This document shows positions 21,152 through 32,857 of a stretch of DNA of 64,000 nucleotides, piece after piece. The stretch's first letter is position 1. Each line of letters begins with the position of its first letter. The DNA is from Microcaecilia unicolor. Lineage: Eukaryota. Both the position numbers and the translations under genes were made by a program. A model generated the notes under the pieces. The model was not told the DNA's origin, ran no database searches, and worked only from the letters and a program-made list of their open reading frames with translations. Location: the NCBI RefSeq assembly GCF_901765095.1, contig NC_044034.1, positions 62,562,339-62,626,338 of the forward strand, written 5' to 3'.

Positions 21152-21670
21152 ACTAAAAAGTTAGAGGGAAGGGCAGAGGAGATATATTTATGTTTAAAAT
21201 GGCCTCATTTTGAAAGTTGTATTATGTTAAGGTTATACAATAAGGTTTGTTAGCTGACACCTGTAGTCAATGTATTCATTGTATTCATAGGTTATTATCG
21301 GCTGCTAGATATTGGAAATATGGGAAATAGTTGGCTTCATTGAGCCGGAATGTGATGTTCAAATGTTACATGTCTTTTCTTCTAATAATAAAGATATTTT
21401 CAAAAAAAAAAAAAGAAAGTACCCATGCTCTCAGGGGGGGGGGGGGGGCAGTTTTTGGTGCCTCATTTTTCACAGGTAGGCAGGTAGGTGTTTACCCATG
21501 GAAAAAGATTTGAAAAACTGCTCTCTTGAAGTTTCTGGTTGAGTAAATTTAGGGGGACTTTATTTCATGACCCATCTGGTTGCCATCTGGGAACCAGATC
21601 AATATCTTGTATACAATATAGGGTAGGTTCGTCATTGCTGATGGGGCTGTTTTGTTTTTTCTTCCTGTAG

Positions 21671-21869
21671 GCATGTATGCTGGTGTTTCAACCCTATTTT
21701 GAACCATCCACTTTATTTGAAGTGGATGATTCCAGTGAGATTGTTATTTGTTTGGATTGCTCTACCTCCATGGAGGGCTTGATATTCCAGCAGGCCAAGC
21801 AGATTGCTCTTCTTGTGCTGAAGTCTCTTAGTGACCGTCACCAAATAAACCTTATCAGGTTTGGCACAA
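21671..21869 (+). CDS. Exon of host gene, start of vWA domain with MIDAS motif: ACMLVFQPYFEPSTLFEVDDSSEIVICLDCSTSMEGLIFQQAKQIALLVLKSLSDRHQINLIRFGT
   Basis: Acceptor cttcctgtag|gc, donor aca a|gtaagt (ends in phase 1). ICLDCSTSM is the DxSxS MIDAS motif of a von Willebrand A domain, followed by the typical hydrophobic strands. Confidence 0.6.
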
Positions 21870-22139
21870 GTAAGTTGGTTCTTTCTGTTTTCTGCCAGAG
21901 TATTTGGTTACATATTTTCATAATGGTTAAGTTGAAAGATGACCTGTTTTAACTTACAGCGATAGCTCTCTCAAAGAGCTATCACTGTTAATTCCATATA
22001 ATCTACCTGCATCATGATGTCTACCAGTCCCTTTTCCCTCATAAAATGTGTTAAGATTTCTTTTGAAAACATTTCAAGTCAAATGGGTACAGAACAAGTG
22101 AATAGGAGTTAGGAATTAAAAGCAGTTTCAAAAAGGTAA

Positions 22140-22540
22140 GCTTTTAGCCTAGATTTGAAGACAGCCAGAGATGGAGCTTAACGCATTGATTCAGGAAGTC
22201 TATTCCAGGCATATGGTGCAGCAAGATAAAAGGAGCAGAGTCTGGAGTTGACAGTGGGGGAGTAGGGCTCAGATAAGAGAGATTTACCCAGTGAAGGAGT
22301 TCCCAGGGAGGATTGTAGGGAGAGATAAGAGTGGAGAGGTACTGAGGAGCTGCAGACTGAATACACTTATAAATCAGCAAGAGGAATTTGAACTGTATGC
22401 GGAAACAGATGGGGAGCCTGTGAAGTGACTTGAGGAGAGGGCTAATATGAGCATAGCAACACTGGTGGAATAGCCGCTTTCTTAGACTTTCAGCATAGGC
22501 ATTGCATCCTGTTATAAAATTACCCCCCATATAGGTACTC
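22140..22540. repeat. Unclassified interspersed repeat R3 (second copy 39400-39690)
   Basis: Shared block …gaggaatttgaactgtatgcggaaacagatggggagcctgtgaagtgacttgaggagagggctaatatgagcatag… versus …aggagaagcttgaactgtattcggtacctgatcagaagccagtgaagtgacttgaggagaggggtgatatgagtatat…. Confidence 0.45.
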
Positions 22541-22586
22541 TATCTTTTTTGTTGTGGTATGATTTGGTTTCCATTCTTTTATGTAG

Positions 22587-22654
22587 ATTATCAAGAATTA
22601 TTTTCCTATCCAAAGAGCACAACAAACCGATCCTTATTGGAAGAATATATTAAA
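22587..22654 (+). CDS. Small vWA exon of host gene: (N)YQELFSYPKSTTNRSLLEEYIK
   Basis: Acceptor ttttatgtag|at, donor aaa|gtgagt. It starts with 2 nt that complete the split codon from the previous exon and ends in phase 0. This restores frame continuity between exons 21671-21869 and 22988-23175. The FGT-N-YQELFSYP...SLLEEYIK-IATPTMGNTDLW segment fits vWA domain architecture. Confidence 0.5.
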
Positions 22655-22987
22655 GTGAGTTACAATTGTTCCTTTCAGTGTGCAACTGATTTTATTATTT
22701 GTCTCCATTCCCCTAACACAAGTTCCCTCCTTTATTTTTCTCAACCCTCTTTATTCTTCTAGGCCCCCACCAATCACTCACTGATTTCTTTTAGCCATAA
22801 AAACCATTCTTACAAAAAGAATTCTGCATTTGTCTGAGAGGTCATAAGAAATCCCCATTGTTAATGAATTAAAAAGACACAAACTCTGTTTATTTTCTAA
22901 ATTAAAGAGCTGATCTGCTATTGGGAGAAAAAAATAAGATTCAGATTATTCAGGTGTTTGTTTTTTTCACTGTTTTTTTTTTCTCAG

Positions 22988-23175
22988 ATTGCCACACCCA
23001 CGATGGGTAACACTGACTTGTGGAAACCTTTGCGCTCTTTGAGTTTGTTAGCACCTTCCGACCGTCTGCGCAACATTCTGCTAATATCTGATGGCCACAT
23101 TCAGAATGAGAGCCTTACTTTCCAAATTATAAAGAAGAGTATCAAGCACACAAGGTTATTTGCCTGTGGTGTTGG
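22988..23175 (+). CDS. vWA exon of host gene: IATPTMGNTDLWKPLRSLSLLAPSDRLRNILLISDGHIQNESLTFQIIKKSIKHTRLFACGV(G)
   Basis: Acceptor tttttttttctcag|att, donor gg|gtaggt (ends in phase 2). GNTDLW...ILLISDG is the conserved central part of a vWA domain. Confidence 0.6.
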
Positions 23176-23940
23176 GTAGGTACAAAGTAAATCTTCTCTT
23201 TCTGAGTAAAGGATCATGGATTTGATATACTGCCTTTGTGGTACAGTCAGTGGTTTACATTTATTATAAAACAATGACAGTGGCTCCCTTAACTGTATAT
23301 GTTCACTGTGGGACCTCAGATAGTATCCACTTATATTATAAATCAGCTCCCACTATCTTCTGTCAGTGTCAGTTCAAACAATCATTAATCAATATATTTC
23401 TCTTGGTGACCTCAGCTGTGCACATTACCAGTTTTACTGAATGGCAATGGGTTCTGCCCACCTTTCTTCATTGGTTCACACTATTAATGCATTTATTTTT
23501 TATCATTATTATTAACATTTAATTTTTGTAGTCAAATGCTCATCTTATATAGATATATCGGACCCAGGGGTTGATGTTACTGTCCGACATGCATGTTTCA
23601 CCCTTGTCAGGGCTGTTTCAAGGACTACCCCCTATGAAAAATACATAAAGATTAACTTCAACGGTATAGTGACAGAGATATAAAGTTAATTTCTCATACC
23701 ACCCCACCGCTATATACCGCTAAACGGTAGAGGGGATGTATATAGCGGTGGGGTGGTATGAGAAATTAACTTTGTATCTCTGTCACTATACTGTTGAAGT
23801 TAATCTTTAAGTATTTTTCGTAGGGGGTAGTCCTTGAAACAGCCCTGACAAGGGCGAAACATGCATGTCGGACAGTAACATCAACCCCTGGGTCCGATAT
23901 ATCTATATAAGATGAGTATTTGACTACAAAAATTAAATGT

Positions 23941-26340
23941 TACCTAGAGCCCTCTTATATAAGAGTAGACGGGAGGGAGGGTTGGGGATGCCCAACCTTC
24001 AATGGTATTATTGTGCAGCACAGTCTAGGGCGGCAGTAGATTGGTTTCGACGAGAGGACCACAAGCTGTGGGTTGACATTGAACAAAATCTGGTGGGTTC
24101 TCGTAAGTTGGGACATCTAATGTGGATCGCAGGTAATGATAGGGGTCGGGTGGATAAATTTCCACCTACAGTACAAGCTACTTTTCACTACTGGGACCTC
24201 CTGTTTCCCCAGCAGCAACCTTTGGTGTCAGGACTAGCCCCGATAGTGGATAACCCTCTGTTTGCCCCGGGTATAGGAAACACTACATTCTGTAAATGGG
24301 CGGAGGCGGGTTTGGACATGTTGGGTCAGTTACATGTGGGGGAGACTATTGTACCCTTCGAGACTTTTGTGACTGACTTCGGTCTTTCACGGGGGGATCG
24401 ATACGCCCACTTGCAACTACAACACTTTTTGAAAGGGAAGGCGTATATGGGATGCCTGAAATGGGATACTCACCCGTTGGAGGAGGTATGTGTAGATCCC
24501 AAGGGCACGAAAGGATTGATTTCCAAACTGTACACTTACTTAGTGAAAGGCTCCAAAACATCCCTATTGCATAGAAAACGGTGGGAACAGGAGCTACAGT
24601 TCTCGTTATTTATTATTTATTTATTTGTTGCATTTGTATCCCACATTTTCCCACCTATTTGCGGGCTCAGTGTGGCTTACAATAAGACTTGAATAATAGA
24701 AATACATTTGTTACAACTAAGTTATGGATTACATTGAACAGTGTTGTGCGAGGCATTCGAATATCGTTGGTAGTATAACAATGGGACAAAACACAGAGAC
24801 ATTAGAAAGAGACAATGGGAAAAAAGGGCATTATTAGGCGCCTAGACATATAGTGTACATAGTTCCGTGGACGAATGTATGGTTGACTGGATAAAGGGAT
24901 GATGGATCAGATGTGGATGTGTATTGCATTGTGGACAGTGAGTAGTCTCTATGTGTATTGGCTCTTTCCATAAGTTTGTTCGAACAGGTGTGTCTTCAGT
25001 AGTTTACGGAAGGAGGCTTGTTCGTTGATCATTCTTAGGTTGCGTGGTAATGTATTCCAAGACTTCGTGCTCTTGTAGGAAAAGGTTGACGCGTGTATCG
25101 TCTTGTATTTCAAGCCCCTGCAGGTTGGGTAATGAAGGTTGAGGTGAGTTCGGGATGATCTTTTGGCGTTTCTAGGTGGTAGGTTTATTAAATCAGACAT
25201 GTACGCTGGGGCTTCACCGTAAATGATCTTATGGACTAGTGTGCAAGTTTTAAAAGTAACGCGGTCCTTGAGTGGAAGCCAATGTAGTTTCTCTCGTAGT
25301 GGTTTTGCCCTTTCATATTTAGGTTTTCCGAAGATGAGCCTGGCTGCTGTGTTCTGGGCTGTTTGAAGTTTCCTTAGTATTTGCTCTTTGCAGCCAGCGT
25401 ATAATGAGTTGCAGTAATCCAAGTGGCTAAGGACGAGGGATTGCACTAGGCTGCGGAAGACGAATCTTGGGAAGAATGGTCTAATTCTTTTCAATTTCCA
25501 CATGCTGAAGAACCCGGAGACGGGTTGGCTGACCTTAGAGAGGAGTCTGTTGCGGGTCTCTCGTGCAGTGGACATGCAGGAGAATGCTGTAAAGGTATTC
25601 TGTAGATGGTACCTGACCCCGGTTAGATTACACCATATGTTTCCGCAGGTTTCAAAGGGCTGCTGGAGGAATTGTGGGGGGGAGGGGACTATGGGTCACA
25701 TATGGTGGCTATGTCCTAAGGCACAGGCCTATTGGAGGGGTGTGCACTCTCGACTTCAAGTATGGCTCGGCAGTTCTGTGCGGTGGCATCCTTTGATCTT
25801 CCTATTAGGACAGAGACCTGAGGGCATTACATCTGATCAGTGTGGATTGGTAAGACAGTCCTTGGTGGCGGCCCGAGTCCACTTGGCCTGAAATTGGAAA
25901 AGACCACAGGTACCCTCAATGAGTGGTTGGCTTACTAAAGTGAGTTACATATGTGAAATGGAGAGACTGACTGCAGCGAAAGGGAGAAATTTGCCAAAAT
26001 GGCAAAAGATATGGACTCCTTTTGAAAGCACACAAAGGGAACTGGATAACAAATGTAATTTTAGCAGTCTTTACTGATAAGGATGGGAAGACGGGGTGGG
26101 GGGAAGGGTGGGGGGGGGAGGGTCAAGGCAGGTGAAGGGAGGGAGGATCTGTTGTATAAAATTAAAAATGATAGAAGTAACATAAGCTACTGTTAAAGCA
26201 TTGTGTTGGTGATGGTGCATTTCTTTACTAGATACCCAATGTTAGATTCATATTGTGTTAAGAAAGTGTAAGGTCTCTCATTGAGTTTGGACTGGTTATC
26301 CTATGCAATGATCAATAAAATCTTCTAAATATTAAAAAAA
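23941..26340 (+). mobile_element. 5'-truncated L1 copy (ORF2 3' half + C-terminal domain + 3'UTR + poly-A at about 26328-26340) with a SINE tail and a CR1-like fragment nested inside it (24590-25575, minus)
   Basis: ORF 23937-24692 is homologous to ORF2 residues about 800-1050 of the intact L1. ORF 25502-25891 is homologous to the ORF2 Cys-rich C-terminus. AATAAA lies upstream of the A-run. The flanking TSD is TTAAATGTTA (23931-23940 and 26341-26350). Confidence 0.7.
24949..25575 (-). pseudogene. CR1/L2-like ORF2 C-terminal fragment (…LDYCNSLYAGC…LQTAQNTAARLI…FRKLLKTHLFEQTYGKSQYT)
   Basis: This is the conserved C-terminal domain of CR1/L2-type LINEs, on the minus strand and nested in the L1 fragment. 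Confidence 0.6.
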
Positions 26341-26559
26341 AAAAATTAAATGTTAATAATGTTAAAAAATAAATGCATTAATAGTGTGAACCAATGAAGA
26401 AAAGTGTGCAGAACCCATTGCCATTCAGTAAAATTGGTAATGTGCAAAGCTGAGGTCACCAAGAGAAATATATTGGTTAATGATTGTTTGAACTGACACT
26501 GACAGAAGATAGTGGGAGCCGATTTATAATATAAGTGGTTACCTTTATTATATGCAGGT

Positions 26560-26700
26560 ACTTTCTCTGTCTCTACTGGGCTGACAATCTTAGTTTGTGT
26601 ACCTGGGGCAAGGGAAGGTTAAGTGACTTATCCAGGATCACAAGGAGCTGCAGTAGGAATTGAACCCATTTCTCCAGGTTCTCAGCTCACTGCTCTAACC
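26560..26700 (-). mobile_element. tRNA-derived SINE copy (minus orientation)
   Basis: It is the reverse complement of the head + core (ggaggactggcctaatggttagagcagtgagctgagaacctggagaaatgggttcaattcctactgcagctccttgtgatcctggataagtcacttaacc). Confidence 0.5.
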
Positions 26701-27959
26701 ATTAGGCCAGTCCTCCACTCTGTTTACAAGCTGTTAAATAAACCAGAGGGGGATAAATGTTGAGAGTCAGAATAGAAGAGAAAGAAGAAACAATTTAGGA
26801 GAGTGAGACAGTTTTGGTGGGCAACAGGAAGAAGGCTGAGAGACACCCAGATAAGAGGAGAGATAAAAATGGGTATGGGAAGAGACTGCTTTTGGAGAAG
26901 TGAAGGGTGAAAGGGAAAAATATTAGTGAGGATTTGGTGAGACAGAGCATGAGAAAGAAGCGAGATGTTTTTGCAGATCAGGAATTAATGGGAAGAGAAA
27001 CATATTATGTTGTGAAGTGAAGGAGGAGAAACAGGCAGGAGAAAGTCAATTGTAAAAGACTGGGAGAGAGAATAGGAGACAAGTTGATGAAGAAGGGAAA
27101 TGGTGGAAAAAAAGAGACTGAGGAGTAAAGTAACTAAGAACAAGAAATTGAAGAGAAAAACTTATCCAGTGGAAAAGAAGGCTACTCGGGAAAGAGATGA
27201 TAAAAGCATATGAGACCTTGTGAGATACTCTTATACTGATTGATAGAAAGACTAGCTGAAGAGTGACAGACAAGGGACATACAATATTTGAGACTACACA
27301 AAGAAATATAGGGACTGAGATTCAAAGTGTTAAACAAAACCAGAGAGGCTCCTGCCCAGTTAAACCATTCTGAATGGGCTGGGAGGGGATATTCAGCAGC
27401 ACTTAACTGGACAGTGCTGCTGAATATCAACTCCTCTGACTGTCTAGTTAGTGCCAAGCGAGGTCTGAGGTCAGAGCTGGGATTTAATTGCTAACCAGGT
27501 AAGTAAGCAGCTAAAATTAGGGCAGCAAAAAACTATTTAACTTGCCTTCTCAGCCATCCAGATGCTGATGCTTGGGTTATACATGCCTACTAAAAGATGG
27601 AGACAGAAACAAACATGGGCGCTAGAGGCCAGTAGTGCCATACTAGTGCCTGTGTTTGTGCCTGCCCGATGATCAGAGCCGGTGAGCATGTGTAATAATG
27701 CGATTGCCAGCTCTGAACGCTAATTGCATGCAAATGCATGTAAACAAGAGTCTCCCGCATTCATTCATCCCTCCTGATCAGCGGGCAACGTGCCAAACAA
27801 GGGTACTGCTACCGCTGCAAACCTTATGCCAGCTAGGAGCTGGCGTTAAGGTTTGCTAGCGAGGGAGACCCACTGAAGAGGTTTGACAGGTCTGGGATTT
27901 TCTCCTGGACCTGTTAAACCTAAGCCTGCCCCCCCCCCTCCCAAACACAATATCTGGAG

Positions 27960-28160
27960 GGCCGGTTGACCTCCAGGTCCCCCACCCCCAAAGCACAAAA
28001 AAACCCTGGTGGTCCAGTGGGACCACTAGCTTCCCCCCACCCCACCGCAGAACAAAAACACCCTGGTGGTCCAGTGGGACTGATAGCTTCCCCCCTCCCT
28101 CCCCCCCACCAAACAAAAATGCCCTGGTGGTCCAGTGGGACCGCTATCTATCAGCCCTCC
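27960..28160. repeat. Tandem repeat, about 58-bp unit x3 (CCCCACCCCCAAAGCACAAAAAAACCCTGGTGGTCCAGTGGGACCACTAGCTTCCCC)
   Basis: Direct inspection. ORFs 27856-28116 and 27966-28193 are artefacts. Confidence 0.6.
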
Positions 28161-28599
28161 TTTACCCCCAGCAGCCTTACCTCATGGTCGTGATAGTGGG
28201 AGGAGGGAGGGACTAGCATTCCCTCCCTCCTCTTCAGGGGCTTTCCCAAAATGGCAGCGTCCCACCCTGCCTGGTGCATCCTGGGGTGTGTCGGGTGGTG
28301 CATAACCCAAAGATACCAGTTTGGGCGGGGAGCATGCGGCACGGGTGAAAGATGCATCATATCTCTGGGATCCCAGAGGCGCACCAGTTGAAAAATGCTG
28401 ATTTAGCAGTTTGTGGAACTGCTTAAGGTTCTGTTTTGTCTTTATTTTTCAAGAGCATTCTAACTGTTGGACTCGTGTGGCAGGTGTTAAACCAAAACAC
28501 GGCCCTTGTCAGGTCTTTAAGAATAAAGGACTCTGATTTGTCACAGTCTTGAAGGCCCAGCTGTGCTTTTTTTCTTTTGTTGCCTGTGTTTGTGTACTT

Positions 28600-29260
28600 T
28601 TGAACCCTCTCTTTTGTCACCGAGTTTCTATACTATTGTAACTCTGTCTTGGCATTCCTTAGCAGCTTATATTGAGACTATGGTTGATTCAACATACTGC
28701 TGCTTATATTGGTCATTTAGGAAGATTTGATAATGTGTCTCTTATATAGTGTGAATTTCACTGCCCTTCAATTTAAATTGTTAACTCTGGTTTTGACACT
28801 TAGGCAGGGTCAGTGTCTTGAGTGTGATAAAATCATTAGCTGTTCCTTAAAGTATTTCTTATACACTGAACATGCGGAACTGTTGATCCATCATCTGTTC
28901 GTGATTTGCGGTTGGATGGCTATCATAAGAGAACATTTTCTGTATTGCCTGCTATTTTTATGTAGTGAGCTTCCATTGTCTATGCTGTTGGAGAGGAACA
29001 ATCTTAGTTTTAGGAAATTGTTGAAAGCTTATTTTTTGAGTTGCTTTTCACTGGATAAATGCATAATGTATTTTATTTATTTGATGTGGCCATTCATTTT
29101 TGGATTGTTGTATGGTTTATGGCATGTGTATATGATTGTTGGTTGGGGGAATTGTGTAGATAGAGAGAATGAGTATTATTGTAATGATTATTTATCTCTA
29201 CTGTGATTTTTATTTGATATAATCAACAGTATGAAAGCTTGTTTAAATAAATAAATGAAA
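28600..29260 (+). mobile_element. CR1/SINE-type 3' tail fragment (ORF 28727-29206 contains SFRKLLKAYF, the LINE C-terminal tail motif)
   Basis: Motif similarity to FRKLLKTHLFE at the C-terminus of the CR1-like ORFs. The rest of the ORF is low-complexity. Confidence 0.35.
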
Positions 29261-29889
29261 TGATATAATGTTAATGTGAATTACCCACATATCATTTACC
29301 CTCTTATACTTGGGGCCTACTATTAAGCACCAAGTGCGCACCTGGTTTATCAAAGACTAGCACTAATGCATGTCAGAGGCACCACTAATTGGCATTTATG
29401 TGATGTATTCCCGCTTATGTGGAAACAGGAAGTTGCATCAGAAGGAAGGCTGTGGGGCCAACATGAGCAGTGTATTAGTTGCTGCTCGCTGCAGGTGAAA
29501 ATCTGCTATTTAAAAGGTATGCGGGGGAGGGGGCATGTTTGAGAGACCGTATGGTATGCAGGTGAGAGATGGAGAGACCAAATCACTTGTGGGACAGGGC
29601 GGAGTTCTTCTGCCCACCCATCTTGGGCCCAAACTCACCCAAAATTGGATGTCTGGCTACGCCCATGGCGTTTTTGTATAGCCCTGTTTGATTTATGGGC
29701 ACTTCATATTATCTGCTCATAAGACCGTGATTACTCTTTACTGATACCCTTCCATTCACATATAATTTAGCTTTTCGCTCTTTCCTGTGTGTTATTTTGG
29801 GCGGATTTTGTGCAGATAGTATACATGGAAAATGTTTGACAGATATCCAAATTATAATCATTTGTAAATTAATGTTAAAATTTGATCAG

Positions 29890-29989
29890 TCCCACAGCAA
29901 ATCGGCATATGCTCAGATCTTTGGCGCAGTATGGAGCTGGAGCATTTGAATATTTTGAAACAAAATCTAAGTATAACTGGAAGGATAAA
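29890..29989 (+). CDS. vWA exon of host gene: (G)PTANRHMLRSLAQYGAGAFEYFETKSKYNWKDK
   Basis: Acceptor tgatcag|t (1 nt completes the GG codon), donor aaa|gtaagtgag, phase 0 end. It follows the GxG....A..TGG..E(F/Y) pattern at the C-terminal end of vWA domains in VIT-vWA proteins. The acceptor is weak, and a nearby cccacag acceptor is out of frame. Confidence 0.45.
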
Positions 29990-30404
29990 GTAAGTGAGAT
30001 ATATTACTTTTGCTTTTTCTATAGCATTGATATCCTTAACCACAACTTGCATGATTTCTTAGGGGATAATTTTATAAGGCATTTTCCACTTCAAAAGTGT
30101 GTGTAAAATGTAGAAAATGACTCTCGTGAAATTGTGTGGGTACCTATGCGTTTACAAGTGTGCAAGCCAATAAGAGCAGACATACTTTTATGCAATTTGC
30201 GCATAGATGTTCACAGAGGTAGCGCTGTGGAACTGGGAGTTAAGAGGTATGTGCAGCTGAATAAGTGGTGCAGTGGTTAGAACACAGAATTTATAAGATA
30301 CGTGTGTAACCGCAGAGAGTACAAGCACATAGTTGCACCTCAGAGCAAGTATTACTTTGTGCCTGAGTATTTGTGTACTCTTGGGAATGAATCCAGGAGC
30401 TTAT

Positions 30405-31040
30405 TTCAGTGGCGTAGCTACGGGTGAGCCTGGGTGGGCACAGGCCTAGCCATTCTTGCCTCAGGCCCATCGTTTAGTGGCCCATATGGCCCCCAAAGCA
30501 CCTCAGTGGTGGCATCTCACGCTCCTCTCTCCCTCTTCTCCGTTCATAGCACGGTATCCCTCTCTGAAACCCCCATCCCCACCCCACCATCCCTCCAGGC
30601 CTATCTCAGAGCCGTCACTGGTGGCGATTCCTATAGGCAGCCTGCGTTGGCCCTGCAGGCTTCCCTCTACCGTGTCCCACCCTCGACGATGTCACTTCCT
30701 GTTTTTTTCACTGGCGGGGACACGGTAGAGGGAAGTCTGCAAGGCTAGCGCAGGTTGCCAGTAGGAATCGCCGCTGGTGACAGCTCTGAGATAGACCCCC
30801 GTGGGAGGATTCAGAGAGAGATGGCGGGGAGGGGGGAAGGAGCAGATGCTGGATCTGGGACAGCGGAGAGGGAGAAAGATGAAGATATGTGAGTAGGGGC
30901 AGAGAGGATGGAAGGAAAGACAGAGGGAGAGATGGATGCAAGGGCAGAGGGGAAGGGTATGTATGTATAGGGGTGTGGGCGGGAAGGGCCCACCCAGGTT
31001 AACTCTGGGCCCACCCAAAATGAGAGGTCTGGCTACGCCC
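30405..31040. mobile_element. Second, larger member of the same hAT-like MITE family (TIR CAGTGGCGTAGCTAC… / …GGCTACGCCCGTGGC) with 8-bp TSD (G)CTTATTT and an internal 85-bp inverted repeat (30590-30790)
   Basis: Its terminal similarity to the 6091-6395 element is visible. There are direct flank repeats gcttattt (30396-30403) and cttatttt (31041-31048). A solo right-end copy lies at 29590-29660. Confidence 0.5.
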
Positions 31041-32413
31041 GTGGCTTATTTTATAAAGACATATCCATGTGTATTTTGGGGCTCTTTTACTAAAGTGAAG
31101 TAAGTTTTTTTTTTTTTTTTTTTTGAGGAGGGGGTTTGCACTTACCACACATTAACAGCCAAATTTAGTGCATGATAAGTGCACAGGCTTTGTCTGTGCA
31201 ATAACTGTTGGGGCGTATCCAACATGCCTTCTGCAGTTTCTGCGTAGACACATTTTCTACTAAGCCTTAACATCAAGTGTGATCAGCAAAGATGCACCTA
31301 ATGCCACCTCTTGCGGAGACATTAAGTTCACCAGTGCTAACTGCACATTTGACAGCTTTGCTACTCACTATGCGCATGCACTCCTACCAGCAGAGGGAGA
31401 CTGAGAACACTAAAACGTCTTATACAAGTAGCCTGTGTAGACCTTCTATTAACCAGTATTTTCTCAGTCTCAGGAAAGGGTAGATGTGTGCAGCCTGTGC
31501 AGTGTACTCAGTCTGGTAGGCCCGTTTGGGGTTTCTAGGTTGGGTTGTAAATGTTAGAGAACCCACACTTGGATCTCTATTACAGGGTGTAAGTCCTAAG
31601 GGGCTTCTTATTCCCTGTGGGGTGTCACACCCGGGTGGCCGGGTCCCTCCCCCTGTGCTCTTCCTCTGGAGGACTGCTTGACCTCGGCTACAGACCTCGT
31701 TCTGTACCCTTAAGACATTTAGGCATCAGCAACGAGGTTTAAAAAAAAAAAATAAAATAAACGTTTTTAAAAGGCGGCTATTTTGGCCGTTCTTGTGGCA
31801 GTCCAGAGATAAAACGTCTTCAAGGGCGTTCTTGCCTTAGGCGGTTTTGCCTATTAGTCTGTCAGAGCACAAAGCAACTGTTTGGTTTTATTGTGTTCGC
31901 GGCCATTATGTCTAAGCCGGCGAGGTGTCGGTTTTGCGCGAAGCGCAGCGTTGAAGTGAAAGGTGATCTTATATTTAATGTTAATTTCCAATCAAATTAC
32001 TTAAAAAAGGAGAAAAAAGACTCGTATGTCCCAGCTTGGCAGCATGTAATACATTCTTCTCCGAGGACAAGCAGGCTGCTTGTTCTCACTGATGGGTGAC
32101 GTCCACGGCAGCCCCTCCAATTGGAAACTTCACTAGCAAAGGCCTTTGCTAGTCCTTGCGCGCCCATGCGTACCGCGCATGCGCGGCCGTCTTCCCGCCC
32201 GAACCGGCTCGTGTTCGTCAGTCTTCTTTTGTCCGCGCTCGGGACGGTCGTGTTTTGCGCCGTTTCGTGCCCCTCAAAGTTGACCTTCGCGTGTCTTCGC
32301 GATTTCGTTTAAAAAAAAAAAAAAAAAAGAGAAGACCTCGGTCTTGTCCCTTCCCGTGTGTCCAGTTTGTTTCCCCGACCTAAGTTTCCTTTCGCTTTCG
32401 GGGTAGGCCTTTT

Positions 32414-32857
32414 TTGGAGCCTCGGTACGGGTTTTTTCTCTCCCTATTTTTGGTGCCCTTAGTCGCCATTACGAATTTTGATTTCGCCGGCGTGATTTTT
32501 CCGCCCATGTCATCGAAGTCTCCCAGCGGCTTCAAGAAGTGCACCCAGTGCGCCCGGGTAATCTCGCTCACTGATAGGCACGCGTCGTGTCTTCAGTGTC
32601 TGGGGGCTGGGCACCGCCCGCAGGCCTGTAGTCTTTGCGCTCTTTTACAGAAGAGGACTCAGGTTGCGAGATTGGCCCAGTGGAACGTGTTGTTCTCGGG
32701 CTCTTCGTCGACAACAGCACCGGAGTCATCGAGTGCATCGATGTCGGCAGCATCAAGACCTTCGACCTCGGCATCGACTGCATCAAGGTATCGACCCTCT
32801 GCATCGTCGGTACCGAAATGTCTGTGTCGGTGGTACCGGGACCTCCACTGTTGCTGA
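32414..32857 (+). CDS. DIRS ORF1 N-terminal Cys-rich (zinc-finger-like) segment
   Basis: CTQCARV...CLQCLGAGHRPQACSLCALL is a Cys/His cluster at the 5' end of the element. Its relation to the following gag-like ORF is unclear. Confidence 0.35.
   Translation: MEPRYGFFLSLFLVPLVAITNFDFAGVIFPPMSSKSPSGFKKCTQCARVISLTDRHASCLQCLGAGHRPQACSLCALLQKRTQVARLAQWNVLFSGSSSTTAPESSSASMSAASRPSTSASTASRYRPSASSVPKCLCRWYRDLHCC

Larger units (their letters stand above)
15313..21414 (+). mobile_element. Full-length L1 (LINE-1) non-LTR retrotransposon with intact ORF1 and ORF2, poly-A tail (21402-21414) and a 15-bp target-site duplication
   Basis: GAAAGTACCCATGCT occurs at 15298-15312 and again at 21415-21429, directly flanking the element. 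An AATAATAAAG polyadenylation signal precedes the A-tail. The ORF1/ORF2 arrangement is typical of L1. The element is in the same orientation as the host gene, inside an intron. Confidence 0.85.
23318..26535. repeat. Ancient long foldback: arms 23318-23728 and 23728-23940 plus 26341-26535 (about 410 bp each, about 93-96% identical), right arm interrupted by the L1 insertion
   Basis: 23521-23728 and 23728-23940 form a near-perfect palindrome. 26341-26535 is the reverse complement of 23318-23521. The L1 fragment plus TSD sits exactly between the two halves of the right arm. Confidence 0.7.

Noticed and set aside
28727-29206. 159-aa ORF that could be mistaken for a membrane protein (Leu/Phe/Cys-rich)
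   Set aside because: AT-rich repeat-derived sequence whose only recognisable motif is the LINE tail peptide FRKLLKAYF. No splice or promoter context.
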